Below, piece after piece: positions 28,460 through 38,484 of a stretch of DNA of 64,000 nucleotides. The notes beneath the pieces are model-generated. The model had not been told where the DNA came from and did not search any database. It worked only from the letters and a program-made list of their open reading frames with translations. This DNA is from an uncultured Lachnobacterium sp. (GTDB lineage Bacteria; Bacillota; Clostridia; Lachnospirales; Lachnospiraceae), in assembly GCA_964636375.1 (NCBI GenBank), contig CAZWRT010000002.1:11528-75527 (forward strand). Reading direction: 5' to 3'. A program made the translations under genes and the position numbers. Numbering within the stretch: position 1 is the first letter of the stretch; each line of letters opens with the position of its first letter.

Positions 28460-29668
28460 TTATAAAATAACTCCGTTCTGCCGCAGCAATTCTCTGGCAG
28501 ACTCCACAGAATCAACACCGGTCGCGTTCTTCACAGGCGCAAACTCCTTCTCCCGCTCCACCTCGAAAGACAGGCAGTCATCCATCATGTACACCATATC
28601 AAGAATCAGCGTCTCGAATTTGTATGCGTTCGGCTCCTCCGGCTTCACCGGATTTCCGCTCTCATCCAGATACGGCACCTTCTTATCGACAATGTGCACG
28701 GGAAGCCTCCGCTCGGTGATCCCCATCAGGCGGTCAACCCGGAACAGATAGTTTAAAATCACTCCGAACCCATAGAGAAGCGTCCCCTTCTCGTCCTTCG
28801 CCTCCGCCATCTCGGGCGTCAGCTCATAGTATTCCACAATCGAGGGGTGTCCGTCCTCGAGACACAGCGCCCCCACCCGCTCGTAGGGATCACACTTGCG
28901 CACCACCTTCGCCCCACAGACACAGCCGGAGAGAATGGTCGCACCCACAAATACCGGATCTGCAATCTGCTGCAGCACATTGTCCACGGCAAACACGTTG
29001 AGCCATTCTATGCCCTTTGCCTTTAAATCCGGCCCAAGGCCTGCCGCCAGCATCGACTTAAACCAGCCGCCGTTGCCGTTCGGCGACATCGCCAGAGAAT
29101 CCTGCGCCTCAAGCAGAAGGTTTCCCTCAAAGTCCACCGCAGGCGCCATCTCCTGCACGAAAAACTGGACCGACGCCGGATCATAACCGAAGAAATCATG
29201 CTCCCTGAAAAAGGCGCGCGTGTCACTGTCATTCTTCTCGCTGGTCATAATATACAGCGGAACCCATGCTCCCGCCTGGGTCGTCACCTTTTTTAAATTC
29301 TCGATGAGCTGTTCAAATATGTAGAGTGTTCGATCCACGCCAATATTGTACATACCCTTCGCCTTGTCAAAGCCCAGCCGCGTGCCCTGACCTCCTGCCA
29401 GAAGGATCGCGCCGACCTTTCCTGCACGCAGTGCCTCAAGTCCTGCCTGCTCAAGCTCCCCTCTGCGCCGGGCAATCTCCTCCCGCTCCATGGCTCCAAG
29501 CGGGGCGAACTGTCCCCGCTCCTGTTTCCCCTCATGCAGCAGATCCAGCGCTGACCAGTCCAGCTTTTCGAGCTGTTCCTCCAGTCGCGCCGGGAGCTTT
29601 TTCCCAATCAGTGGCTTCAAATACTTCTGATTCTTCTGAATTATTTTTTGTTCTGTCTCCGCGTTCAT
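28460..29668 (-). CDS. UDPGP-family (eukaryote-type UAP1/AGX-like) UDP-N-acetylhexosamine pyrophosphorylase
   Basis: LLAGGQGTRLG, PNGNGG, VDN, IVEY, YKFE, EFAPVKN; no left-handed beta-helix, so not GlmU. Confidence 0.85.
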   Translation of the reverse strand: MNAETEQKIIQKNQKYLKPLIGKKLPARLEEQLEKLDWSALDLLHEGKQERGQFAPLGAMEREEIARRRGELEQAGLEALRAGKVGAILLAGGQGTRLGFDKAKGMYNIGVDRTLYIFEQLIENLKKVTTQAGAWVPLYIMTSEKNDSDTRAFFREHDFFGYDPASVQFFVQEMAPAVDFEGNLLLEAQDSLAMSPNGNGGWFKSMLAAGLGPDLKAKGIEWLNVFAVDNVLQQIADPVFVGATILSGCVCGAKVVRKCDPYERVGALCLEDGHPSIVEYYELTPEMAEAKDEKGTLLYGFGVILNYLFRVDRLMGITERRLPVHIVDKKVPYLDESGNPVKPEEPNAYKFETLILDMVYMMDDCLSFEVEREKEFAPVKNATGVDSVESARELLRQNGVIL

Positions 29669-29700
29669 ACTTCCTCCTAAAAATGTGATATTTGACATGA

Positions 29701-29733
29701 AAGTAGACCAACCTTCCCGATTGGTCTGCTTTT
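29701..29733. terminator. Hairpin/terminator between LCP and pyrophosphorylase genes
   Basis: AAGTAGACCAA/TTGGTCTGCTT inverted repeat; weak U-tail on the minus strand. Confidence 0.45.
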
Positions 29734-29738
29734 ACAGA

Positions 29739-30869
29739 TTATTCCTTACTCTTTTGAATATTGTCTGTCCCATTCGCTCCCACGGTCTCATTGTATTTCG
29801 TAATATCAATCAGCTTAGAATCCTTCGTGATTCCCGTCAGCTGTACAATCGAATTACTGATTTCCGTGACCGTCTTGGACGGCTGATAATCGACCGTTCC
29901 AAACAAATACTCGTGCAGCTTTGCAACATTCGTCGAGAGATCGCCAGGAATGACCATATCCCCGCCATTGACAACCTTCGTCGTCAAATCAAACGGAAAA
30001 CCGGTCGTAGAAACCAGGCTGTATGACCTGACATCCTTTGCGAGGCCAAGGATCTGATCCAGGGTCAGCGATGTCGAAATATCGTCCACCACCGAATTTA
30101 CGATGCTAAGGAGCGTTCCGATATCCGCCTTCTTCGCCTTTTCCATCATCGCCTGCAGAACAATCCTCTGCCGGCTGGCACGCTTGAAGTCATCGCCCGC
30201 CAGCTTGCGGAGTCTGGCATAGCTCGTCGCCTGTGTGCCGTTTAAGTGGACCAGGCCGGACTGAGTCACCTCCGGAGTGGACATGCCTGTCACCTCATCA
30301 ATGTCCTTTTTGTACTTGTTGATCTGTTTCCGCTCTGCATCCGTGATCTCCAGGTCCAGTCCGCCCAGAGCATCGATGACCTCCACTAAAGCCGCCCAAT
30401 CCACACAGACATACTCCGTGATGTTGAGATCCAGATTGGAGTTGAGCATCTGTACCGCCTGCTTGGGTCCTCCCTTCGAATATGCGGAGTTCGCCTTGCG
30501 GTACTGGCCATCCCCAATGTTTAAACAGGTATCACGAAAGACCGATACGAGCTTGACCTTCTTCGTCTTGTTGTCGATGCTGGCAATCATGATCGTGTCG
30601 GAACGGCCGGTGCTATACTGGTTGCTGCTGCGGTTGTCGAGTCCGAACAGGGCGATATTGGTGTATCGCTCCATCGTCTTGATCGTATCCTTGTCCAGAT
30701 CGGTGTTGATTCCGGCCTCAGAGTTATCCAGGTTGTGAAACTCTATCTTGTTCACAATTCCGAAAACGTACGCCGCAACCAGAAGGATAATCAGGAACAG
30801 CACCTCCGCAGCCAGTAACAATACCTTTTTTTTGCCTTTATTCACTTTCTTTTTTCTTGTCTGTGCCAT
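29739..30869 (-). CDS. LCP (LytR-CpsA-Psr) family glycopolymer-peptidoglycan ligase
   Basis: Basic N-terminus + TM; NIALFGLD, RSDTIMI, VSVFRDT, YARLR, DFKRASRQR. Confidence 0.93.
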   Translation of the reverse strand: MAQTRKKKVNKGKKKVLLLAAEVLFLIILLVAAYVFGIVNKIEFHNLDNSEAGINTDLDKDTIKTMERYTNIALFGLDNRSSNQYSTGRSDTIMIASIDNKTKKVKLVSVFRDTCLNIGDGQYRKANSAYSKGGPKQAVQMLNSNLDLNITEYVCVDWAALVEVIDALGGLDLEITDAERKQINKYKKDIDEVTGMSTPEVTQSGLVHLNGTQATSYARLRKLAGDDFKRASRQRIVLQAMMEKAKKADIGTLLSIVNSVVDDISTSLTLDQILGLAKDVRSYSLVSTTGFPFDLTTKVVNGGDMVIPGDLSTNVAKLHEYLFGTVDYQPSKTVTEISNSIVQLTGITKDSKLIDITKYNETVGANGTDNIQKSKE

Positions 30870-30872
30870 ATT

Positions 30873-31073
30873 CTAACCCTTTTGCCTGCTGTGAATATAA
30901 AGCCAGGCATCCGCATAACCGGTTCGCTCCTCCTCGGACATGGTGCTGTATTTCTCCAGGTCCAGATTCGTCAGGCGCATCGACTTGTTATCGCACTGAT
31001 GACATTCGACATCCTTGCGTCTGGACACCATGCGCAGCCACCCGCACTGCGGACAAATATAAATTTTCATCAT
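30873..31073 (-). CDS. Small zinc-ribbon protein
   Basis: CPQCG...CHQC; fills the gap between pgm and LCP tightly. Confidence 0.7.
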   Translation of the reverse strand: MMKIYICPQCGWLRMVSRRKDVECHQCDNKSMRLTNLDLEKYSTMSEEERTGYADAWLYIHSRQKG

Positions 31074-31087
31074 AGTGCTATTACCGT

Positions 31088-32812
31088 TTACTCAAAATAT
31101 TCCAACACTTTCTCCTTCAAATCTGCAAGCAGGGTTTCTGCCTGATCGAAGGAAGAGCCCTTCACACCTACATAAAACTTAATCTTCGGTTCGGTTCCGG
31201 ACGGGCGCACACAGCACCACGCATTGTCAGACAGTTCATAGTAGAGCACATCGGAGGAAGGCAGCCCGGTGGATGTCACCTCGCCGGTCTTTAAATCCTT
31301 TCTGGTATCCTTCTTGTAATCCCGTGCAGCAAGCACATCAAAGGAGCCAAATTTAGTGGGAGTGTTCGTCCTCGCCTTGTTCATGATCTCCTGAATCTGT
31401 GCCGCCCCGTCGATTCCCTTCAGGGTCATCGTCGCAATACCCTCGCGGTAATAGCCGTACTTCTCATACAGCTCGATCATGCCGTCCCAGAGCGTCTTGC
31501 CCTGCGACTTATAGAATGCGGCAACCTCGCAGAGCATACACACCGCTGCAGGCGCGTCCTTATCTCTGGCGTATGTGCCGGGCAGACAGCCGTAGCTCTC
31601 CTCGAAACCGAATACATAGTTATTGCATCCGGTCTTCTCGAACTTCAGCATCTGCTCTCCGATATACTTAAACCCGGTCAGAACCTCGATCAGCTCCACA
31701 TTGTACGCAGCGGCGATCGCCTTCGCCATATCGGTGGACACGATGGACTCCACAAGGGCCGGGTTCTCCGGCATCGTCCCCATGAGTGACTTCTGTCCCA
31801 GAATATATTCCGCAATCAGCATTGCAGACATGTTTCCGGTGAAAGTTACGTATTCGCCGGACTTGGTATCCTTGCAGTATACACCAAGGCGGTCCGCATC
31901 CGGGTCAGTCGCAAGCACCAGATCTGCATCCTTCTCTTTCGCAAGCTTTAAAGCCAGAGTCCACGCATCCGGATTTTCCGGGTTTGGATAGGGTGCCGTG
32001 GGGAAATGACCGTCCGCAACTGCCTGCTGCGGCTCAATATACACATTCTCAAAGCCAAGGTCTTTGAGTACACGCTGTACCGGACCGAGTCCCGTTCCAT
32101 GGAGCGGTGTGTATACGATCTTGATGTCCTTCGCCATCTGCTTGATGATCTCCGGATGGATGGAGAGGGCGCGCACGGTCGCGAAATACTCCTCGTCAAC
32201 CTCGTCCCCGATCACACTGTACAATCCTGCCTTGACTGCCTCATCCTTATCCATAGTCCTGACCATGTCAAAGGAGGTGACCTTGCCGACCTCGTCCATA
32301 ATGTTGGTATCATGCGGCGGCGTCACCTGCGCACCGTCCTCCCAGTATACCTTGTAACCGTTGTATTCTCTCGGGTTATGGCTTGCGGTAATCACGATTC
32401 CGGCAATACATCCAAGCTTGCGCACCGCGAAAGAGAGCTCCGGAACCGGCCGCAGGCTCGGGAACACATATGCCTTGATGCCGTTCGCCGCGAGACAGAG
32501 TGCCGCAGCGTCCGTGAACTCGTCTGCCATCAGACGGGAGTCGTGTGCGATTGCCACCCCGCGCTCTGCCCCATTCTGTGACAGAATATAGTTGGCAAGC
32601 CCCTGTGTCGCCTGACGGACCGTGTAAATATTCATGCGGTTCGTTCCCGCCCCGATTACACCGCGCAGTCCCGCCGTGCCGAATTCCAGAGTCCGGTAAA
32701 AGCGATCCTCAATTTCTTTCTCATCTCCCGCAATCTCTTTCAGCTCCGCCCGGGTAGCCTCATCAAAATACGGATCCGTACACCACTTCTCATATTCTTT
32801 CCTGTAATCCAT
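31088..32812 (-). CDS. pgm: Phosphoglucomutase/phosphomannomutase (PgcA-like)
   Basis: FGTAGLRG, TASHNP, DPDADR, FEESYG, RPSGTEPKIK. Confidence 0.93.
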   Translation of the reverse strand: MDYRKEYEKWCTDPYFDEATRAELKEIAGDEKEIEDRFYRTLEFGTAGLRGVIGAGTNRMNIYTVRQATQGLANYILSQNGAERGVAIAHDSRLMADEFTDAAALCLAANGIKAYVFPSLRPVPELSFAVRKLGCIAGIVITASHNPREYNGYKVYWEDGAQVTPPHDTNIMDEVGKVTSFDMVRTMDKDEAVKAGLYSVIGDEVDEEYFATVRALSIHPEIIKQMAKDIKIVYTPLHGTGLGPVQRVLKDLGFENVYIEPQQAVADGHFPTAPYPNPENPDAWTLALKLAKEKDADLVLATDPDADRLGVYCKDTKSGEYVTFTGNMSAMLIAEYILGQKSLMGTMPENPALVESIVSTDMAKAIAAAYNVELIEVLTGFKYIGEQMLKFEKTGCNNYVFGFEESYGCLPGTYARDKDAPAAVCMLCEVAAFYKSQGKTLWDGMIELYEKYGYYREGIATMTLKGIDGAAQIQEIMNKARTNTPTKFGSFDVLAARDYKKDTRKDLKTGEVTSTGLPSSDVLYYELSDNAWCCVRPSGTEPKIKFYVGVKGSSFDQAETLLADLKEKVLEYFE

Positions 32813-32870
32813 GCTCCATATCCCTCCTATTTATGTTCTCCTATAATTTACCATTCTAGCACAATCGGTT

Positions 32871-33677
32871 TTATTTGGAAAGTCCCACCGTGAATTTGCA
32901 CTTGTAACTCTTCTTCCCGATTTTCGCCGTAATGGTAACCTTCCCGGGCTTTTGGGCAGTCACCACGCCTTTTGCATCTACGTTTGCCACTGACGCGTCT
33001 GAGCTCTTCCACTTAATGTTATTCGGATTGTTGTACACGGCAATCATGCGTTTTTCGCCGACAGCCATGGTCTTTTTGCCAAAGTCAATCTTGAGCTTTT
33101 TGCTGTTCGTACAATGAATTCCATGCAGAGCTGCATAGGATTCCGCCACAGATCCGCGCGGAGTGACTATCGTCAGCCTGCTGAAATCACAGCCGTCAAA
33201 GACATGTTCCCCGATCTGCGTGACACTCTTCGGGATCTCAACGCGATAGAGCTTATCCTGGTTCTGAAACGCCCCGGTTCTTCCCCCGTCCCCGGACTCA
33301 ATGGTCGTATAGCCCTTGGGAATCTTCACTGTGGACAGACTCGTCATACCGTTCCCGAGAAAACCGATCAGACTGGAAAAATTCGTGTCGATGCCGGTCA
33401 CCTTGCAGAAGCCGCATGTTTTCGGCAGAACAATGTCTGCCTCCTTTCCTCCGTACACATAGACAACACACTCCCCGGCCGCGAGCTGCGCCTCGTCCGC
33501 ACGGTAATAATATCCGTCTTTATCCTCCCCTGTCACATAGTCCCCGCTGGCCTCACGAGAAAACTCCATCGCGTACACCGCCTGCGGATTCATGCACAGA
33601 GCTGCCAGCATCACGGCAAGAACAAGCGCCGCGGCTATCCCCGCCCTTTTGAACAAACAATATGATGTGGTTTTCAT
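32871..33677 (-). CDS. Secreted protein with BspA-type leucine-rich repeats and C-terminal Ig-like (Big_2) domain
   Basis: Signal peptide ending AVYA; VKIPKGYTTIE, VEIPKSVTQIGEHVF; WKSSDASVANVDAKGVVTA..PG.VTITA. Confidence 0.8.
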   Translation of the reverse strand: MKTTSYCLFKRAGIAAALVLAVMLAALCMNPQAVYAMEFSREASGDYVTGEDKDGYYYRADEAQLAAGECVVYVYGGKEADIVLPKTCGFCKVTGIDTNFSSLIGFLGNGMTSLSTVKIPKGYTTIESGDGGRTGAFQNQDKLYRVEIPKSVTQIGEHVFDGCDFSRLTIVTPRGSVAESYAALHGIHCTNSKKLKIDFGKKTMAVGEKRMIAVYNNPNNIKWKSSDASVANVDAKGVVTAQKPGKVTITAKIGKKSYKCKFTVGLSK

Positions 33678-33698
33678 CCCGTACCTCCTCACAGCGAA

Positions 33699-34520
33699 TC
33701 AGCGAATGACCAGATCCGCAACCCAGTCCTCCCGCAAATTCATGCCGAAGGGCACATCCGGTTTCACTTTCTCTCCGTGGAAATCCGAGCCGCAGGAAAT
33801 CTTAAGTCCAAACTCGGATGCCCAGTCATAATAGAGCCTCACCTGCTGCGGCTTATGCTTGAAATAACAGCACTCGAGTGCATCCAGCCCGGCGTCCTTC
33901 AATCTTGATACCAGCTTTTTCTGCTCTTCCACAGGCATTTTCATCAGTCCCGGATGCGCCAGAACTGCCTTGCCGCCCGCCCCGTGAATCAGTCGTATCG
34001 ACTCCTCCGCCGGCGGCAGCTTCCGGTCCGTCGCCTCGTGAAATTCGGGCGTGTCCAGATAGCGCCGAAAGGCCTCCTTCCGCTCGGCCACGTACCCGTG
34101 CTCCTGCAGCCATGCGGCAAAATGCGGGCGGGCGATGTTCGCCTCCCCGGCAATCTTTCGAATCTCCTCCATCGTGACGTCCATCCCGAGCCCGTTTAAA
34201 TACCGGCAGATGACCTCTCCGCGGTTATCCCTGCTCTCTATGAATTCCCGGCATTTTCCCGCAAGCTGCGGCTCATTCTCGTCGATGGCGAGACCCACGA
34301 CATGAACCTCCTCCCCGGCCGCGGAGCTGATTTCAATGCCCGGAATAAATGGTACACCGAGCTCTTTTGCCGCCGCCTTAGCCTCCCCGATTCCGTTCAT
34401 CGTATCATGATCCGTGAGCGCGTACATCGCAAGTCCGCGTTCCTTCGCCATTTTCACCAGCTCCGCGGGCGCGTACTGCCCATCCGAAGCTGTGCTGTGT
34501 GTGTGCAGATCGATTAACAT
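33699..34520 (-). CDS. PHP domain phosphoesterase (TrpH/YciV family), putative 3',5'-bisphosphate (PAP) phosphatase
   Basis: DLHTHSTASDG, TDHD, GIEIS, RPH, AHP, GSDFHG; 1 bp downstream of cysNC. Confidence 0.85.
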   Translation of the reverse strand: MLIDLHTHSTASDGQYAPAELVKMAKERGLAMYALTDHDTMNGIGEAKAAAKELGVPFIPGIEISSAAGEEVHVVGLAIDENEPQLAGKCREFIESRDNRGEVICRYLNGLGMDVTMEEIRKIAGEANIARPHFAAWLQEHGYVAERKEAFRRYLDTPEFHEATDRKLPPAEESIRLIHGAGGKAVLAHPGLMKMPVEEQKKLVSRLKDAGLDALECCYFKHKPQQVRLYYDWASEFGLKISCGSDFHGEKVKPDVPFGMNLREDWVADLVIR

Positions 34521-34521
34521 A

Positions 34522-36354
34522 TTATGCTCCCGTTGTCTCTATTTTCATCGCCCCAAGAATTGCCTCCACGCACTCGTCCACAGACATTTTGGAGGTGTCG
34601 AGCGAAAGATCCGCATTTGTCGGAATTTCATAGGGGCTCGTAATTCCGGTGAAGTTGGCGATCTCTCCGCTTCTGGCCTTGCGGTAAAGCCCTTTGACAT
34701 CCCTCGCCTCGCACTCCTCGATCGGCGTGCTCACATAGACCTCCACAAAGCCTTCTCCGATAATCTCCTTGGCATTCTTGCGGTCCAGGTGCATCGGTGA
34801 GATAAAGGAGGTGATGACTATCAGGCCCGCATCGTTCATGAGCTTTGCCACCTCCGCGATACGCCGGATATTCTCAACACGGTCCGTCTCGGAAAATCCA
34901 AGGTTGCGGTTTAATCCCATGCGGACATTGTCTCCGTCTAAGAGCATCGTGTGCTTACCCATGGCAAAAAGCTTTTTCTCCAGTGCATTTGCGACTGTGG
35001 ATTTGCCCGCGCCGGAAAGTCCGGTCAGCCAGATGGTCAATGCCTTCTGGCCCATCTGCCCCTCGCGGAGCGAGCGGTTGATATCCATGTTGTGCCAGGT
35101 CAGATTGCTCCCCCGGTCAAGCGTCTTGCGCACAACGCCGCAGGCACTGGTCATATTTGTGATCCGGTCAATCAAAATTAAGCTGCCAAGATCACTGCTG
35201 TTGCTGAAATTGTCAAACACAATCCGGCTGGAGACTGAAATCTCGCAGCGCGCGATCTCATTCTTTAAAATATATTCTGCGGACACCTCCGCGCCCGTAT
35301 TCACGTCAATCCGATAGCGGATATTCATCACCGTAGCAGGCACAAGCTGCGTCCCGATTTTCATCATATAGTTGCGTCCCGGCATCAGGCGGTCATCATC
35401 CATCCACAGAATGTCCGCCGCAAACATGGTTCCCGTCTGGCAGGTAGAATCCCGCTCCAACACACAGCCGCGCGAGATGTCAATCTCCCTGTCAAGCTGG
35501 ATGTTGACCGGCATTCCGACAGATGCCTCCTCCACCTTCTGATCACCGATATGAATCGAGAGCACCGACGCCTTCTCCCCGCTTGGAAGTGCGGTCAGCT
35601 CATCTCCGATACGCACACTGCCGGATGCAATCTGGCCCTGAAAACCGCGGAACGTGTGATCCGGGCGGCAGACGCGCTGAATCGGAAGGGCAAAGCCGAT
35701 ATTCTCCGCTTCCTCATCCACATCCACCTTCTCCAGATATTCCAAAAGAGACTCGCCCTTGTACCACGGCATGCGCGGCGCGCGGGACGTCACATTGTCG
35801 CCGTTTGTCGCCGACACCGGAATGATCTTCATGGTATCGTACTCAAATTCGGACATGAGCACCTTGATCTCTTTCTCGATCCTGCGGAAACGGTCGGCGT
35901 CATAGTTCACCAAATCCATCTTGTTCACCGCGAACACAAAATGCCGGATACCCATAAGGGCGCAGATCCTCGCATGTCTCCGCGTCTGAACCAGAACGCC
36001 CTGGCTGGCGTCAGTCAGAATCACGGAAAGGGAGGCAAAGGAAGCTCCCACTGCCATATTTCTCGTATACTCCTCGTGCCCGGGCGTGTCCGCCACAATA
36101 AAGCTGCGCTTCTCCGTGGAAAAATAGCGGTAGGCGACATCAATCGTGATCCCCTGCTCCCTCTCTGCCATCAGGCCGTCCAAAAGGAGGGAATAGTCCA
36201 ATCCGCCGCTCGCCGAACCAATCTTGGAATCCATCTGAAGAGCCTTCTCCTGATCCGCAAAGAGCAGCTTCGCGTCATACAGCATATGCCCGATCAGCGT
36301 GGATTTTCCGTCATCCACGCTGCCGCAGGTTATAAATTTCAACAAGTTATTCAT
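34522..36354 (-). CDS. cysNC: Bifunctional sulfate adenylyltransferase subunit 1 / APS kinase (NodQ-like)
   Basis: GTPase CGSVDDGKSTLIG, EREQGITIDVAY, DTPGH, NKMD; C-terminal APS kinase WLTGLSGAGKST, LDGDNVR, DVKGLY. Confidence 0.96.
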   Translation of the reverse strand: MNNLLKFITCGSVDDGKSTLIGHMLYDAKLLFADQEKALQMDSKIGSASGGLDYSLLLDGLMAEREQGITIDVAYRYFSTEKRSFIVADTPGHEEYTRNMAVGASFASLSVILTDASQGVLVQTRRHARICALMGIRHFVFAVNKMDLVNYDADRFRRIEKEIKVLMSEFEYDTMKIIPVSATNGDNVTSRAPRMPWYKGESLLEYLEKVDVDEEAENIGFALPIQRVCRPDHTFRGFQGQIASGSVRIGDELTALPSGEKASVLSIHIGDQKVEEASVGMPVNIQLDREIDISRGCVLERDSTCQTGTMFAADILWMDDDRLMPGRNYMMKIGTQLVPATVMNIRYRIDVNTGAEVSAEYILKNEIARCEISVSSRIVFDNFSNSSDLGSLILIDRITNMTSACGVVRKTLDRGSNLTWHNMDINRSLREGQMGQKALTIWLTGLSGAGKSTVANALEKKLFAMGKHTMLLDGDNVRMGLNRNLGFSETDRVENIRRIAEVAKLMNDAGLIVITSFISPMHLDRKNAKEIIGEGFVEVYVSTPIEECEARDVKGLYRKARSGEIANFTGITSPYEIPTNADLSLDTSKMSVDECVEAILGAMKIETTGA

Positions 36355-36355
36355 C

Positions 36356-37249
36356 CTAGAAATACCCCTCCCGCTTTCTTTTTTCCATACTGGCAGCGCC
36401 GCCGTCCGAATCGATCACACGGCTTGTCCGCTCGGACTCCACACTGGCCAGCGTCTCCTCGATGATCGCATCCAGCGTGTCCGCGTCCGACTCCACCGCA
36501 CCGGTAAGCGGGTAGCATCCGAGTGTGCGGAAACGAACCTTTTTCATCTCCATCTTTTCTCCCGGCAAAAGCTTCATCCGGTCGTCATCTACCATGATAA
36601 TGTTGCCGTTTCGGTTCACAACCGGACGCTCCTTGGCAAAATACAGCGACGGGATCTCAATGTTCTCCCTGCGGATGTATTCCCAGATATCCTTTTCCGT
36701 CCAGTTGGAGAGCGGAAACACCCTGACCTCCTCGCCCTGAAAAATCTGCGTGTTAAAAAGCTTCCACATCTCCGGCCTCTGATTCTTCGGGTCCCAGGCG
36801 TGCGCCGAGTTGCGGAAGGAGAAAATGCGTTCCTTGGCTCTCGACTTCTCCTCATCGCGCCTGCCGCCGCCGAAGGCCGCTGTAAACCCATACTTGTCCA
36901 GCGCCTGTTTCAAAGCCTGCGTCTTCATGATATCCGTGTAGGCGCTTCCGTGGTCGAACGGATTGATTCCCTTTTTCACGCCGTCCTCATTGATGTATTC
37001 GATAATCTCAATGCCAAGCTTCTCTGCCATCTTCTCGCGAAACTCTATCATTTCATGAAACTTCCATGTCGTGTTTACATGAAGAAAAGGGAACGGCGGT
37101 TTCTCCGGATAAAAAGCCTTCATCGCAATGCGGAGCATGACCGACGAATCCTTTCCGATCGAGTAAAGCATGACCGGTTTCTCACTCTCGGCCGCCACCT
37201 CCCGCATGATAAAAATCGCCTCAGCTTCTAATTCCTGTAAATGATCCAA
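36356..37249 (-). CDS. cysD: Sulfate adenylyltransferase subunit 2
   Basis: [43 protein letters not shown]; TTG start after AAGGAG. Confidence 0.97.
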   Translation of the reverse strand: MDHLQELEAEAIFIMREVAAESEKPVMLYSIGKDSSVMLRIAMKAFYPEKPPFPFLHVNTTWKFHEMIEFREKMAEKLGIEIIEYINEDGVKKGINPFDHGSAYTDIMKTQALKQALDKYGFTAAFGGGRRDEEKSRAKERIFSFRNSAHAWDPKNQRPEMWKLFNTQIFQGEEVRVFPLSNWTEKDIWEYIRRENIEIPSLYFAKERPVVNRNGNIIMVDDDRMKLLPGEKMEMKKVRFRTLGCYPLTGAVESDADTLDAIIEETLASVESERTSRVIDSDGGAASMEKRKREGYF

Positions 37250-37316
37250 TGATTTTCTCCTTTCCCTGCGGTTCTTATTGAAATTCTTAAGTAAATTGTC
37301 TCTAAATACACGGTAA

Positions 37317-37345
37317 ATTATACCTTGTTACCCATTTAAAGTCAA
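37317..37345 (-). promoter_or_regulatory. Near-consensus sigma-A promoter for cysD-cysNC-PHP
   Basis: TTGACT (37345-37340), 17 bp, TATAAT (37322-37317). Confidence 0.75.
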
Positions 37346-37467
37346 CCGTATTACTCGCGTGAGAACGTTTGCAAATATGTATAGCTTTTGAAGAATATTT
37401 TTCTGCCGTGTATAAATAATATTATTATTTATCGTAAAAAAATGGACTTATCAACGAGAAGGAGAAT

Positions 37468-38484
37468 ATGAGATCCATGAGAAATAAACTGATAAAAAGA
37501 ACCATAACGTCAATGATTTTAACCGCCTCTCTTCTGCTCGGCCTCTCCGGCTGCGGAAACAGCAACGACAAGGACGGGAAAACCGCGGTGAGAATCGCCT
37601 ATTTCCCTAATATCACGCACTCTCAGGCGTTAGTTATGAAGGCACAGGGGACTCTGGAAAAGAAATGGGCAGACACCTGTAACGTGAGCTGGACCTCCTT
37701 CAACGCGGGTCCCGCCGAGACGGAGGCAATCTTTGCCGGAGAAATCGACCTCGGCTACATCGGACCGGTTCCGGCGTTAAGCGCCAACTCCAAATCCCGC
37801 GGCGAAGTAAAGATCATCTCCAACAGCACGGACTACGGCGCAGTCCTGCTCGTAAGAAAGGACGCCAATATCCACAGCATTCCAGACCTAAGCGGCAAAA
37901 ATATTGCGGTGCCGCAGCTCGGCAACACCCAGCACCTATGCCTTTTAGCCCTTCTCTCCGAAAACGGCTTAAAGACGGTAGACAAGGGCGGTGACGTGAC
38001 CGTGAGCGCCAGCGCAAACGCAGATATCCTGAACCTGATCGACAACGGCAGCGTGGACGCGGCGCTGGTTCCGGAGCCCTGGGGCACAACGATTGAGAAA
38101 AACGGCAGCGTGGAGGTGCTCCTCGACTTTGACAAGATCATGCCAGACGGCAACTACCCCACTGCGGTTGTGGTTGTAAACGAGGATTTTATGAAAAAAC
38201 ACCCGGAGCTGGTCAAAGAATTTTTAGAGGCGCATGAAGATATCACCGTATATATCAACGAACATAAGGACGACGCCATCAAAACCGTCAACGCGGAGAT
38301 CAAGGCCGCTACAGGCAAGGCTCTCGAGGACGACGTGATAGAGAGCGCATTCACGCGTATGGACATCACGACGAAACTGAACAGGGAAGCCATCATGCTG
38401 TTCGGACAAACCAGTAAGGATGAGGGATTTATCACGGCGGTCCCGGAGGAAAAGGATGTATTTACAGCTGAATTCAATCAATAA
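37468..38484 (+). CDS. SsuA/TauA-like ABC substrate-binding lipoprotein (sulfonate/sulfate/nitrate class)
   Basis: Lipobox LSGC; RIAYFPNITH, FNAGP, YIGPVPA, PEPW. Confidence 0.88.
   Translation: MRSMRNKLIKRTITSMILTASLLLGLSGCGNSNDKDGKTAVRIAYFPNITHSQALVMKAQGTLEKKWADTCNVSWTSFNAGPAETEAIFAGEIDLGYIGPVPALSANSKSRGEVKIISNSTDYGAVLLVRKDANIHSIPDLSGKNIAVPQLGNTQHLCLLALLSENGLKTVDKGGDVTVSASANADILNLIDNGSVDAALVPEPWGTTIEKNGSVEVLLDFDKIMPDGNYPTAVVVVNEDFMKKHPELVKEFLEAHEDITVYINEHKDDAIKTVNAEIKAATGKALEDDVIESAFTRMDITTKLNREAIMLFGQTSKDEGFITAVPEEKDVFTAEFNQ

Noticed and set aside
27130-28470. 446-aa plus-strand ORF opposite glmS (similar long shadows at 11532-12623, 35551-37231, 45739-46854, 60311-62486)
   Set aside because: Overlap well-supported minus-strand genes; H/R/L-rich shadow composition; no motifs
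34522-37249. Assimilatory sulfate reduction operon for cysteine synthesis
   Set aside because: No APS/PAPS reductase, sulfite reductase or cysteine synthase in the window; context favours sulfation, though the rest of the genome is unseen
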